A DNA stretch of 64,000 nt from Candidatus Woesearchaeota archaeon (lineage in GTDB: Archaea; Nanobdellota; Nanobdellia; Woesearchaeales; WJKR01): contig JAFGNA010000006.1 in assembly GCA_016927245.1 (NCBI GenBank), positions 17,230 through 81,229 of the forward strand. The letters run 5' to 3'. A program made the translations under genes and the position numbers. The notes under the pieces were generated by a model. It did not search any database and was not told the origin of the DNA. It saw only the letters and a program-made list of their open reading frames with translations. Positions within the stretch are counted from its first letter, which is position 1, and each line of letters begins with the position of its first letter. This document shows, piece after piece, positions 48,839 to 58,597 of the stretch.

Positions 48839-49636
48839 ATGAGGATAGTCCTGGACATCCGGAAGTCATTGGAGGAGAACGCTGAGGCGTACTTCCTGGC
48901 GGCGAAGAAGGCGAAGGGAAAGATTGCCGGCGCTGAGCGAGCGGTGGAGAAGGCACGGGCAGCCAGGGACAACACCTCTTCAGAGGCGGTCGTCGCGGAG
49001 CGACAGGCGCCGAAGCGCATCAGGAGACGGGCGTGGTACGAGCGGTTCAAGTGGTTCTGGGCGTCGAACGGCATGCTCGTCATCGCCGGCAGGGACGCCG
49101 CGACGAACGAGGCCGTGATCAAGAAGCACGCTGATAATCCTGACATCGTGTTCCATACCGATGCGCCGGGCAGCCCGTTCGTGGTCGTCAAGACCGATGG
49201 GAAAGAGGTGCCTGACCAGGTGTTGCAGGAAGCCGCTGATTTCTGCGCCTCGCACTCAAGGGCGTGGAAGCTCGGGCTCTCTTCAGCCGAGGTGTACTGG
49301 GTCTTGCCGGAGCAGGTGACCAAGGAGGCCAGGGCTGGCGAGTACCTGCAACGAGGAGGCTTCATGGTGTATGGCAAGCGCACCTACGTGCAGCCGCGGC
49401 TAGTGCTCGTCGCCGTGCCGTTCGAGGACAAGGTCATGGTCGCGCCTGAGACGGCGGCCAAGGCGCATCATGGAGGCGTGGCTGCTCGCGTGACACAGGG
49501 CGATGACAAGAAGAGCGACGCCGCGAGGAAGATTCTGGGATTACTCGGTGTCGGGGACGTGGATGATGTCGTGCCGGGGCTGCCGACCGGCGGGTGCAAG
49601 GTCACGAGGATGGTGCTAGAGAAACATGCTGAGTAG
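48839..49636 (+). CDS. NFACT-R (DUF814) domain protein, a short relative of RqcH/Tae2/FbpA.
   Basis: A coiled-coil N-terminus is followed by WFWASNGMLVIAGRDAATNEAV...DIVFHTDAPGSPFVVVK, typical of NFACT-R. Confidence 0.55.
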   Translation: MRIVLDIRKSLEENAEAYFLAAKKAKGKIAGAERAVEKARAARDNTSSEAVVAERQAPKRIRRRAWYERFKWFWASNGMLVIAGRDAATNEAVIKKHADNPDIVFHTDAPGSPFVVVKTDGKEVPDQVLQEAADFCASHSRAWKLGLSSAEVYWVLPEQVTKEARAGEYLQRGGFMVYGKRTYVQPRLVLVAVPFEDKVMVAPETAAKAHHGGVAARVTQGDDKKSDAARKILGLLGVGDVDDVVPGLPTGGCKVTRMVLEKHAE

Positions 49637-49913
49637 GCCGTCGGCCGCTTCCTCATCTTTCTTCTTCGAGGAGTGCTTGCCTTCCTCTGCCTCGTCAACG
49701 TGCGAGAACGTGATGCGCATCAAAGGAGTAGTAGGCTGCCGTGCTATTTATAAGTTATGAAACCTGTTTAAATAGTGGCTTCAGACGTTTCCTTTTTTGA
49801 GGAAGAGGCGCGCCTTTTCGAGCACCGCCTTGGCATTCCCGTACCTGAGCACTTGCAGTGCCTCCCCCATGCCTGGACTGGTGTGTTGCCCGTCACGTGT
49901 TCCCTCATCTGGT

Positions 49914-50701
49914 TCACCCTCCAGCGCTCGTGTACTTACGCATCGCCTGCCGCCAGAGCAGGAGCGCCGCGCAGAACACCGTACCGACGGGCAGCACGAC
50001 CTTGAAGAGCGCGTTGGCGAGCATGCCTTGGACGAGCGCGTCCGCCGGGTAGAAGGCGACGACGCCTATGGGGAAGACGAAAGTGAGGAAGAACCGCAAT
50101 CCCCCTTCGTAGATGGTGAGTGGGTAACGCCCGAAGTCGGAGAGCTTGAACATGATGTCGTACAATGCCCAGCTCTTCACCACGAGGAATGCCATCGATG
50201 CGATGATGACAAGCATGCTGTAGATGAACAGGCAGCCCAGCGCTATCAGCGCGGCGTACAGGAGCAGCGATGGCGGCGCGACGCCTACCTTGAGCATGCT
50301 CCACGTCACGAGCGCCAGCCCGGTCATCACCTCTGCAACTCCTTCGATGTCCCATGAGGAGAGCGTGAGCTGTACGAGCGGCCTGATGGGCTTGACCAGG
50401 TACTTGTCGAAGCTGCCGTCCCGCACCGCTTCTATCACCTTAGCAGGGAACCCTGTGAAGAAGAGGTGCGCGAGCCCAAAGATGAGGATGAAGCTCCCTT
50501 GGAAGAGGATGAACTGCTCGAACGTCCACCCAGGGATTCCAGGGGTGGTGGTGTAGATGAGCAGCGCGACGAGCGGCGAGATGATGTCCGCGATGATGAA
50601 GCTCACCATCTTGAAGAACAGGTTCGCCTTGTACATCATCTCGGTCTGGAGCTCCAACGACAGGTTCTTCATCCAGAATCGCCAGTAACGCTTGAGCGAG
50701 G
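49914..50701 (-). CDS. ABC-2 family transporter permease.
   Basis: About 6 TM helices. The long N-terminal extension of the listed ORF is a high-GC artefact. The start is probably MTSLKRYW. Confidence 0.5.
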
Positions 50702-51487
50702 TCATATTCCCGCCCCGCTGAACTTCTTGAACGCGCGCTCCCACACCCATCTGGTGACGAGGTAGAGCGCGAGCACCCATGCCAGCCCTATGCATAGTCC
50801 GAGGACCGCTTCCGCGGCGGCGACCTTGCCCATGTATATCTGCACGGGCGTGAACCGCATGAACGTGAACGGGAGGAACGAGAAGACCTTCTGCATGCCC
50901 GCCGGGAAGAACGTCAAGGGGAGCATGCTCCCGCTGAGGAAGGCGACGATGACCCGCCTGCTCCTTCGCAACCCTCGTATGCGGAGGAGCCAGAACGCTG
51001 CGAGCCCGGTAAGGTAGGTGAGGAGGTGGTACAGCGCCGCGGCTATGGTGATGGCTATGATGAGCAGTGGCAGGTTGCCTGGTGACGGCGCCTTGAGTCC
51101 GAGCGCGAGCCCGACGAGCATGACGGGGATGATTTGTATGATGATGCCGAGGCTGTTCATGCCGAGCGTGTTGTACAGGTGCCATTTGAAGTAGCTGAGC
51201 GGCTTCATCATCGCGTTGACCATGTGCCCGTGCACCACCTCGTATTCTATCCATTCGTCGACCTGGCTGTACGTGATGAACCCGACGAGCATGACGATGA
51301 CGTAGTACGTCACCATCTCTTGCAGGGTGTACCCGTTGATGACGTCCTGGCCGCTGTACGTGAAGATTGCTTTCCAGAGGAAGTAATAGATGAGCACGTT
51401 GACGGGCACGCCGAACAGGCTGACGAAGTAGTGGAACTTGTACGCTAGTGACTCCTTGAAGCCGAGCTTGGTCACGGCCAATCCTTT
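50702..51487 (-). CDS. ABC-2 family transporter permease (second subunit).
   Basis: Multi-pass hydrophobic ORF directly downstream of the ATPase gene. Confidence 0.5.
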   Translation of the reverse strand, partial: KGLAVTKLGFKESLAYKFHYFVSLFGVPVNVLIYYFLWKAIFTYSGQDVINGYTLQEMVTYYVIVMLVGFITYSQVDEWIEYEVVHGHMVNAMMKPLSYFKWHLYNTLGMNSLGIIIQIIPVMLVGLALGLKAPSPGNLPLLIIAITIAAALYHLLTYLTGLAAFWLLRIRGLRRSRRVIVAFLSGSMLPLTFFPAGMQKVFSFLPFTFMRFTPVQIYMGKVAAAEAVLGLCIGLAWVLALYLVTRWVWERAFKKFSGAGI

Positions 51488-51513
51488 TCTCCATCCGCTT
51501 GCTTGCTGCCTTC

Positions 51514-52497
51514 TCATTGCCTGAACACGAGTTCGATAATCTCCTCGATGGGTGGGTCGGAAACGTTGATGTCCGCCACGTCGTAACGCTTGATGAGGAG
51601 GTTGATGACTTCCTTGATAGTGGTCTTCTTCGTGTCTATCTGTATCCGCAGCTCGTACGGCCGCTTCTCCAGCACGGTGCATCCCTTCTTGCTGAACGTG
51701 TTCCGCTCAGTCTCCATCTTGACGTCCACCACCTTGAAGCTCTGGAACTGTTGCTTGATGCCGTGGAGGGGGCCGTCGTACACGATGCCGCCATGGTTGA
51801 TGATGATGACTCTTTTGCATAGCCGTTCTATCTCTTGCATGTCGTGCGTGGTGATGATGAACGTGGTCCTGTTGTGCTTGTTCGTCTCGATGATGAAGTC
51901 GCGCATGATGTTCTTGGCGATGACGTCCAAGCCGATGCTTGGCTCGTCGAGGAAGACGAGGTCTGGGTTGTGTAGCAGGCTGGCTACTAACTTGCATTTC
52001 ATCCGCTCGCCGAGCGAGAGGTCTCTGACCGGCTTCTTCACTACTTCTTCCAGCGAGAGGAGCCTTATCATGCGCTTGAGGCGCGTCGCGTACTCCCGCG
52101 GAGGGATGTTGTAGACCTCCTTGTGCATCTCGAAGCTGTCCATCGCGGGGAGGTCCCAGACGAGCTGCGGCTTCTGGCCGAACACGACGCCGATGTGCTG
52201 CACGTAATCCTCGCGCTCCTCCCATGGTGTGTAGCCAAGCACTTCCACCGTCCCTGAGGTGGGGAAGAGCACTCCTGAGAGTGCCTTGATGGTGGTGGAT
52301 TTGCCCGCCCCGTTCGGGCCGATGAGGCCGAGGATTTCTCCTTTCTTCACGCTGAACGTGATGCCCTTCAAGGCTTCTTTCTCCATGTACTGCCGCTTGA
52401 AGAGCGCTTTGATAGCGTTGATGAGCCCTGGGTCTCGTTTGCTGGTCTTGTAGGCCTTCTTGAGGCCGTTGACCTCGATGATGTTGCCGGGTTTCAT
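51514..52497 (-). CDS. ABC transporter ATP-binding protein.
   Basis: Walker A GPNGAGKST, signature LSLGERMK and Walker B VFLDEPSIGLD are present. Confidence 0.85.
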   Translation of the reverse strand: MKPGNIIEVNGLKKAYKTSKRDPGLINAIKALFKRQYMEKEALKGITFSVKKGEILGLIGPNGAGKSTTIKALSGVLFPTSGTVEVLGYTPWEEREDYVQHIGVVFGQKPQLVWDLPAMDSFEMHKEVYNIPPREYATRLKRMIRLLSLEEVVKKPVRDLSLGERMKCKLVASLLHNPDLVFLDEPSIGLDVIAKNIMRDFIIETNKHNRTTFIITTHDMQEIERLCKRVIIINHGGIVYDGPLHGIKQQFQSFKVVDVKMETERNTFSKKGCTVLEKRPYELRIQIDTKKTTIKEVINLLIKRYDVADINVSDPPIEEIIELVFRQ

Positions 52498-52980
52498 GGT
52501 GCTGCCTCTGCTCTCTGCGTGCCTTCTGCCATCATGGCGGAGAGCTCAAGAAAAGAAGCTGGTGCTGACTCACGCATCAGGGTCTTATGCATCAAGCATC
52601 GTTGGTTCCATGGCGAGTCACGCGGCTTGGAGGACACGCATCCTATTTAAATATTTCTTTCCGTGGCCGGAAGTCTTCCGTAGGCCTTCAGTTCTTCGTC
52701 ATAGCGATGATGAGCCCGCCAAGGTTTCTGAGAGTCACCTCGAACCAACCCCCATAATCCTTGAATTTGTCGTGTTGGTCGAAGTTGAAGTCGAAGCTGT
52801 GGTGTCCTGATTCCAGGACCGTTTTCGTCTTGATGTGCCGTTCAAGGACTGTTCTTATGAGGACGTCTCGTCCTTGAGGCGGAATCTTCCTTCCTGGCCA
52901 TTGGATTGCGCGAGCGCGCTGACCCTCTTCACGAACTCATCCATGGATACTTTCTCTGACATGGTGCTTTTCCTCCGTTC

Positions 52981-54066
52981 CTAGTTGCGCTGTTTCTTCT
53001 TGCCTTCGCGCTCGTTGAGCTCGTGCAGCGCGACGATGAACAAGGACTCCGACCATCCCAACGGGTTGTTCTCGTTGGGCATGTCCGTGTTGCTGTAGTA
53101 CAGCTCTGGCATCCCTTTCCTCGTCACGTTTGCCAGCATCCGTTGCAGGAACACTTCCGCCTTGGCGTGCTGGCCGAGCCGCTCGTAGATGATGGCGAGC
53201 CAGGCTAGGCCGAACGTCCACTCCGCCTCTTCAGAGTAGCCGTCGGGGTTCTTGTTGTAGTAGTAGTCATTCTTGTACCTGATCACGCCTCGCCGCCTGA
53301 GGAGGTGGTACTCCACGTTCTTCAGTATCTCCTTGCGCTGCTGCGCGTCCACCACGTCGTATGGGTAGATGAGGCTGAGCAATGCCAGGTCGACGAACTT
53401 CTTCGCCGACTCGCGCGGCAATAATCGGCGCAATGCCTCCTCGCCGCGGATAATGCTGTCGTCCGGGACGTCCACTCCTTTGAGGTGGTTCACCGCTTTC
53501 AGCCCCGCGACGCATGCCCCTATTGACGAGGCGTGCACCTCCTCGTCCTCCTCCCACATCCCGCTGTCCTGGTCGTGCCAGTACTGGATGCTGATGAGGT
53601 ATTGCACGAGCTTGTTCACGATGCGGAACTGGTCTGGCGTCTTGAGGATGCTCCTGTTGTGGTGGTGCTCGAGCTCCCCTATCCGGAAGAGGATTGCGCC
53701 GATGGCGTCATTCTGCTTGTTACCCCACTCCTCCCAGAACTCGTTGAATGTCAAGGGGTGGAAGCGGGCGTGGATGTACTCGTGGCGGTACAGCGGCTTG
53801 TGCGCGATGGCATGGTCTATCTTCCACTCGTGCTTCAGGAAGATCTCGAGCAGCGCGGTGTACGTCTTCTCCACGGTATCCCAGTCACCGATGACCTCGA
53901 AGGCTAGGCACTCATAGAAGTTGTCCCTGAGCCACGACTTGTCATACCCCGTACTCACCCCTTTCTCAGAGGCGGCGAACAGGCCTGAGTCGTACTGCAG
54001 CTCTTTGAGGATGCGGAGGTGTTGTTGGAGCACTCGTTGATAGGTGAGCGGCTTCCTCGCTGCCAT
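52981..54066 (-). CDS. GH15-related (glucoamylase-like) glycoside hydrolase.
   Basis: Pattern GYDKSWLRDNFY (W-x-R-D) is present with an (alpha/alpha)6-type composition. Confidence 0.55.
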   Translation of the reverse strand: MAARKPLTYQRVLQQHLRILKELQYDSGLFAASEKGVSTGYDKSWLRDNFYECLAFEVIGDWDTVEKTYTALLEIFLKHEWKIDHAIAHKPLYRHEYIHARFHPLTFNEFWEEWGNKQNDAIGAILFRIGELEHHHNRSILKTPDQFRIVNKLVQYLISIQYWHDQDSGMWEEDEEVHASSIGACVAGLKAVNHLKGVDVPDDSIIRGEEALRRLLPRESAKKFVDLALLSLIYPYDVVDAQQRKEILKNVEYHLLRRRGVIRYKNDYYYNKNPDGYSEEAEWTFGLAWLAIIYERLGQHAKAEVFLQRMLANVTRKGMPELYYSNTDMPNENNPLGWSESLFIVALHELNEREGKKKQRN

Positions 54067-54346
54067 GACCTCTCCTTTTCAGCGTCATCATTTAAAAATA
54101 TTATGCTCTGCCCGGGTTTGTAGAAAGCCTTTTTTCTAGTCGCGACCTTGGCAGCCCGGCTCTTTTTGCCTAATCGAAAAGACACACCTCATTTAAAAGC
54201 ATTTAAAAGTGAATTGTTTTGTGGCATCATCCCTCACCAACTCAATGCTCATGCTCAGACATTTTCTACAAGCCTGCTCCTCCCTCCAAGACAAAAACGT
54301 TTATATACTCCCGTTGCCGGGACGAGAAGAAAAGAGGGGCGCGTGC

Positions 54347-56047
54347 ATGGAAAGCTTGACGATAATCCTGGACATAGGCCTGATGATCATCGTCGCCACC
54401 GCGTTCGCCTACGTCCTGCGATTCTTCAAGCAACCCCTCATCCCCGCATACATCCTCACAGGCATCGTACTAGGACCGGTGCTCGGCCTCCTCCATGACC
54501 TGAGCGTGATGCGCATACTGGCAGAGATAGGCATCGCCTTCCTCTTGTTCATCGTCGGCCTCGAGCTCGACCTCAAGAAGCTCAAGGACATCGGCAACGT
54601 GGCCAGCGTGGGCGCCATCGTCCAGATAGCCGTGCTGTTCGGGCTCGGATTCCTCGTCAGCACGCTCCTCGGTTTTGGGAGACTAGCGAGCGCCTACCTA
54701 GGCCTCATCATGGCATTCAGCAGCACCATGGTGGTCATCAAGCTCCTCAGCGACAAGCACGAACTGGACACGCTGCACGGCCGCATCGTCATCGGCATCC
54801 TCCTCATGCAGGACCTCGTCGCCATCCTCGCCCTCACCGTGCTCCAGGACAAGAGCGGCTTCGCGTTCTACCCGTTCCTCGTCAGCCTCGCGAAAGGCGT
54901 CGCTCTCCTCGTCATCGCAGTCTTGTTCGGGAAGTTCATCTTCCCCGCCGTGTTCAAGTTCGCCGCGAAGCATCAAGAGCTCCTGTTCATCGCCAGCCTG
55001 GCCGTGTGCTTCTCGTTCTCCATCTTGTTCAGCCTCGCAGGATTCTCCATCGCCATCGGCGCATTCATAGCAGGCATCACCCTGGCAAACCTGCCGTACA
55101 ACGTCGAGATAGCCGGCAAGGTGAAGTCGTTGCGGGACTTCTTCAGCGTGCTGTTCTTCACCTCCATCGGCGCCGAGCTCGTCCTCACCAGCATCCTCCC
55201 CCTCCTCCTCCCCCTCCTCATCCTCACCGCGTTCACCATAATCCTCCTCCCCGTCATCACCATCTTCATCACCGCCCTCTTCGGCTACAAGACGAGGACG
55301 TCGTTCATGACCGGCATCGCCCTCGCCCAAGTCTCCGAGTTCGGTTTCATCATCGCCCTACTCGGCAAGGACCACGGCATACTCGACGAACAGGCGTTCT
55401 CCCTCATCGTCCTGCTCGCCCTCGTCACCATGGCAGTCACGGCCTACTTCATCAAGTATGACGACTGGCTGTACAAGCGCGTCGGCAGGTGGTTCAAGCC
55501 GCTGGAACGGCTCGGCAAGGCTTCACGAGAACTCTCCTACGTCCGCCAGGACCGAGGCCATGACTACGTCCTCATCGGCATGGACCGCATCGGGTACAGC
55601 ATCTTCCGGAAGATCCATAAGATGCACAAGGATGTCGTCGTCGTGGACTTCAACCCGGACATCATCAAGCGGCTCATCCAGCAGCACGTCCCGTGCATCT
55701 ACGGCGACATCGGCGACGCGGAGATACTCGAGAAGCTCAGGCTCAAGCATGTCAAGATGGTCATCAGCACTATCCCTGACCACGCGGACAACCTGCTCCT
55801 CATTGGGGAGGCGCGCAAGGAGAACAAGGATGCCACCGTCATCGTCACGAGCTACTCGGTCGAGGACGCGCTCTCATTATATGAGGAGGGCGCGGACTAC
55901 GTCATCATCCCGCACTACCTCGGCGGAGAGCACGTCTCCGTCCTCCTCGAGGACGTCTCACTGGACCTGGACAAGCTCATCACGGCCAGGCTGATGCACA
56001 TCAAGGAATTGCGCCACCGGCAGCACGTCCATCCCCACCACCACTAA
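54347..56047 (+). CDS. Kef-type monovalent cation:proton antiporter with a C-terminal RCK/TrkA-N domain.
   Basis: About 12 TM helices and an RCK NAD-binding fold (VLIGMDRIGYSIFRK...DVVVVDFNPD) are present. Confidence 0.8.
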   Translation: MESLTIILDIGLMIIVATAFAYVLRFFKQPLIPAYILTGIVLGPVLGLLHDLSVMRILAEIGIAFLLFIVGLELDLKKLKDIGNVASVGAIVQIAVLFGLGFLVSTLLGFGRLASAYLGLIMAFSSTMVVIKLLSDKHELDTLHGRIVIGILLMQDLVAILALTVLQDKSGFAFYPFLVSLAKGVALLVIAVLFGKFIFPAVFKFAAKHQELLFIASLAVCFSFSILFSLAGFSIAIGAFIAGITLANLPYNVEIAGKVKSLRDFFSVLFFTSIGAELVLTSILPLLLPLLILTAFTIILLPVITIFITALFGYKTRTSFMTGIALAQVSEFGFIIALLGKDHGILDEQAFSLIVLLALVTMAVTAYFIKYDDWLYKRVGRWFKPLERLGKASRELSYVRQDRGHDYVLIGMDRIGYSIFRKIHKMHKDVVVVDFNPDIIKRLIQQHVPCIYGDIGDAEILEKLRLKHVKMVISTIPDHADNLLLIGEARKENKDATVIVTSYSVEDALSLYEEGADYVIIPHYLGGEHVSVLLEDVSLDLDKLITARLMHIKELRHRQHVHPHHH

Positions 56048-56072
56048 GCATAAGAATCCCGCGGCTCCTCCT

Positions 56073-56351
56073 ATGTTCATGGACCCCTCGCAGAAGAAGG
56101 CCTTCGCAGGCCGCGCGAAAGCGCTGCCCGCCCTGCTCCAGATTGGCAAGAACGGCATCACCGATGCCTTCATCGCCGAGCTGGCGACCCTGGCAGAGAA
56201 ACGAGGCCTGGTCAAGGTACGCCTCCTCAAGAGCTTCGCGGAGAGCAACGACGCGCGAGCAGCGGCGGACGAGCTCGCCTCAAGGGCAGGCCTCCTTCTC
56301 GTCTCAGCCATCGGCAACACTATAGTGGTGTCGTCGCGCACCAAACAATAA
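56073..56351 (+). CDS. CRM-domain (YhbY-like) RNA-binding protein.
   Basis: GKNGITDAFIAELATLAEKRGLVKVRLL matches the CRS1/YhbY motif. Confidence 0.6.
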   Translation: MFMDPSQKKAFAGRAKALPALLQIGKNGITDAFIAELATLAEKRGLVKVRLLKSFAESNDARAAADELASRAGLLLVSAIGNTIVVSSRTKQ

Positions 56352-56366
56352 GCTTTATAAATCCCC

Positions 56367-57983
56367 TTGCTCTGTGGGAACGGTATGGCTAGGCATACCT
56401 CTCCTTCGCTGCGGCTCGTCGAGCACGGCTTCATCAAGAGCGGCGCCCGCTCACTGTACAAGCAGGACGAGGCGACCGGCAAGTTCGTCATCATAGACGC
56501 GGAGAAGCACGGCAAGCCCGCTGAGAGCCACGCAGACGAGGAAGAAGCAGAAGAGGCGAACATCTCCGCCATGGGAGCCGGCGATTTCACCGCGCTCATC
56601 AAGACTGGCTATCCAGCCCCTGTCAAGCGCTACCGCCTCGTGTACGAATCCTTCAACATGAGCTTGGAGGAATTGTACTTCTGGTTCCTCAACCACCTCC
56701 GCCAAGACCAAGGCTACCCAAGAGTCGAGAAGATAACGGATATCTTCTCCGCCTCCGAGAACAGCGCGTTCTTCGGCCAATCAGCGCAGCGACTCAGCAT
56801 ACAAGAGGACCGGGCGAGCAGCTTCCTCAAAGGCATCGCCGAGCTGGTCAAGCAACTCTTCCAGATCGTGCGAGAACTCCGCATCATCGACGAGCGACTC
56901 GTCCCCTACCATGACTGGGAGGTCAAAGGAGAGGACGGCAAGACCCATCACTCGAAAGCGGCTGACAGCACGCTCAAAGGCGTCTTCGCCGACTTCGCCG
57001 AGAACAAGGGCGGCCAGATGCAGCCAGGAAGCATCTATCACCTGGCGCAGACCGTCGGCTATGCCTCCCTCCCTGACCTGTTCTTCAACACGCACGTGTA
57101 CAAGAAGGATGACGTCGACAAAGTCGTCGACGGCATGAAGCAGTTCAACGCGAACGTGCGCAACGTGCTCAAGCGCAAGATCTACCAATTCCTCGTGTGG
57201 CGCGAAAAGACCTATGACGAGCTCCAATCGCGCAGGCGATTCCAGATAAAATACTTGAGGCAGCACTGGGCCACTATCAAGATGTACATGTCCTGGACCA
57301 AGCCGTACCTCAAGCACATCAAGCGGCTGCACATGAACGAGCGGCAGATGGACAGCCCCGACCTCATCTCGGCTTTCGAGACGAGCATGACCGAGATTGA
57401 GATCCTGTGTGTGCGGCCGTCCAAGACCTCTTACCATCCGTGCGTGCTTGCGACGTTCGAGTTCAGCACCCGCCCTCTCATGCAGTACCGCCAGGAATAC
57501 CAGCAAGGACCAGTGCACGTCGGCAAAGGCACAGCAACGCTGCGCGCGTACGCGTGGACCGAGGAGCAGATAGCGCGTTACAAGAAGCTCAAGGAGGACG
57601 AGGACCGAGAGCTACTCTACCTTGTCGATGACTCGGTCGCTGCGGCCATGGAGGAGCTCGGCGATGACCTAGAGAAGTACCTGAACGAGCACGGCAAGGA
57701 CGTGTTCGACCGAGACGTGCACGCCAAGTTCGGCTCGTCGGAAGAGCCGCAGAAGAAGGGCAAGCTCAAGGCAGCCCCGTCAGCCCCTGTCTGGGAGCCG
57801 TTCGTCGCGGTTTTCTCAGGGTTGTGGGACGCGTTCAACGCGGTCATCCCTGTGGGTGGGTTGGCGCGGAAGAAGCCTTCCGGTCCTTCGGGCAAGCCTA
57901 GCGGCGCTGCCAAGATCGCCGCTGGCACGATGTGGCAGGCGTTCAAGAACTACAAGAAGGCGCATGGGTTGTTGTCATGGTGA
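56367..57983 (+). CDS. Hypothetical 538-aa protein, first gene of an overlapping three-gene operon.
   Basis: No recognisable motif. Its stop overlaps the next start, and a TATA-like ctttataaat lies about 20 nt upstream. Confidence 0.45.
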   Translation: MLCGNGMARHTSPSLRLVEHGFIKSGARSLYKQDEATGKFVIIDAEKHGKPAESHADEEEAEEANISAMGAGDFTALIKTGYPAPVKRYRLVYESFNMSLEELYFWFLNHLRQDQGYPRVEKITDIFSASENSAFFGQSAQRLSIQEDRASSFLKGIAELVKQLFQIVRELRIIDERLVPYHDWEVKGEDGKTHHSKAADSTLKGVFADFAENKGGQMQPGSIYHLAQTVGYASLPDLFFNTHVYKKDDVDKVVDGMKQFNANVRNVLKRKIYQFLVWREKTYDELQSRRRFQIKYLRQHWATIKMYMSWTKPYLKHIKRLHMNERQMDSPDLISAFETSMTEIEILCVRPSKTSYHPCVLATFEFSTRPLMQYRQEYQQGPVHVGKGTATLRAYAWTEEQIARYKKLKEDEDRELLYLVDDSVAAAMEELGDDLEKYLNEHGKDVFDRDVHAKFGSSEEPQKKGKLKAAPSAPVWEPFVAVFSGLWDAFNAVIPVGGLARKKPSGPSGKPSGAAKIAAGTMWQAFKNYKKAHGLLSW

Positions 57984-58597
57984 TCACTGAGGCTGACCTG
58001 GAGAACATGGCGCCAGCCGAGCGCATCAAGGCGCTGCGCCGGTTGCAGATGGAGAAGCGGAAGGAGCTCGAGGAGCTCCAGGAACAGAAGTCGAAGGAGA
58101 TTGCCGAGGTGCAAAGCCGTCTCGAACGGAGCCTCGAGGACCTCGAGCTCGAGGAGGAGCGAGTCCGTGAAGAAGAGGGGTCTCGCCGTCAGCAGCGAGA
58201 GAATCGCCCTTTGGAGGAGTCAGTGGCTGAGGCTCCTGTCTCTGAGACGCCCGGGCAGGGCGCGGGGCCCGCGACGTACGGGAGCGCCTTGGAACGGCTC
58301 ATGCCTGGCAACTTGCAAGACTTGTCGGATTACAACTTGTACGGCGAGCTTCGGTCGTTGGAGGAGAAGGGTTACCTCACACCTGATGAGCAGCGGCGCG
58401 TCGCCGACCTGCAGCGCCAGGCTGAGGGTATCACTGCCGCGTACTCGCGGCGTGACCGCGACCGCGTGGATGAGCAACGAGGACACTACCTGTCCCGTAC
58501 AGAAAACGTGCTCAAGCGACTCCAGGACAAGATGCACGACCTTAGCGGGGGCTTGTACGACCTGAACAAGAGGGATCACGATGCAGTTTACCAATAA
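57932..58597 (+). CDS. Hypothetical acidic coiled-coil protein (221 aa).
   Basis: E/R-rich heptad-like sequence. It overlaps both neighbours, suggesting translational coupling. Confidence 0.4.
   Translation: MAGVQELQEGAWVVVMVITEADLENMAPAERIKALRRLQMEKRKELEELQEQKSKEIAEVQSRLERSLEDLELEEERVREEEGSRRQQRENRPLEESVAEAPVSETPGQGAGPATYGSALERLMPGNLQDLSDYNLYGELRSLEEKGYLTPDEQRRVADLQRQAEGITAAYSRRDRDRVDEQRGHYLSRTENVLKRLQDKMHDLSGGLYDLNKRDHDAVYQ

Noticed and set aside
50702-51494. A long Arg/His-rich N-terminal portion of ORF 49914-51494.
   Set aside because: It overlaps the second ABC-2 permease gene in another frame. Only the hydrophobic C-terminal about 260 aa (from MTSLKRYW) resembles a permease.
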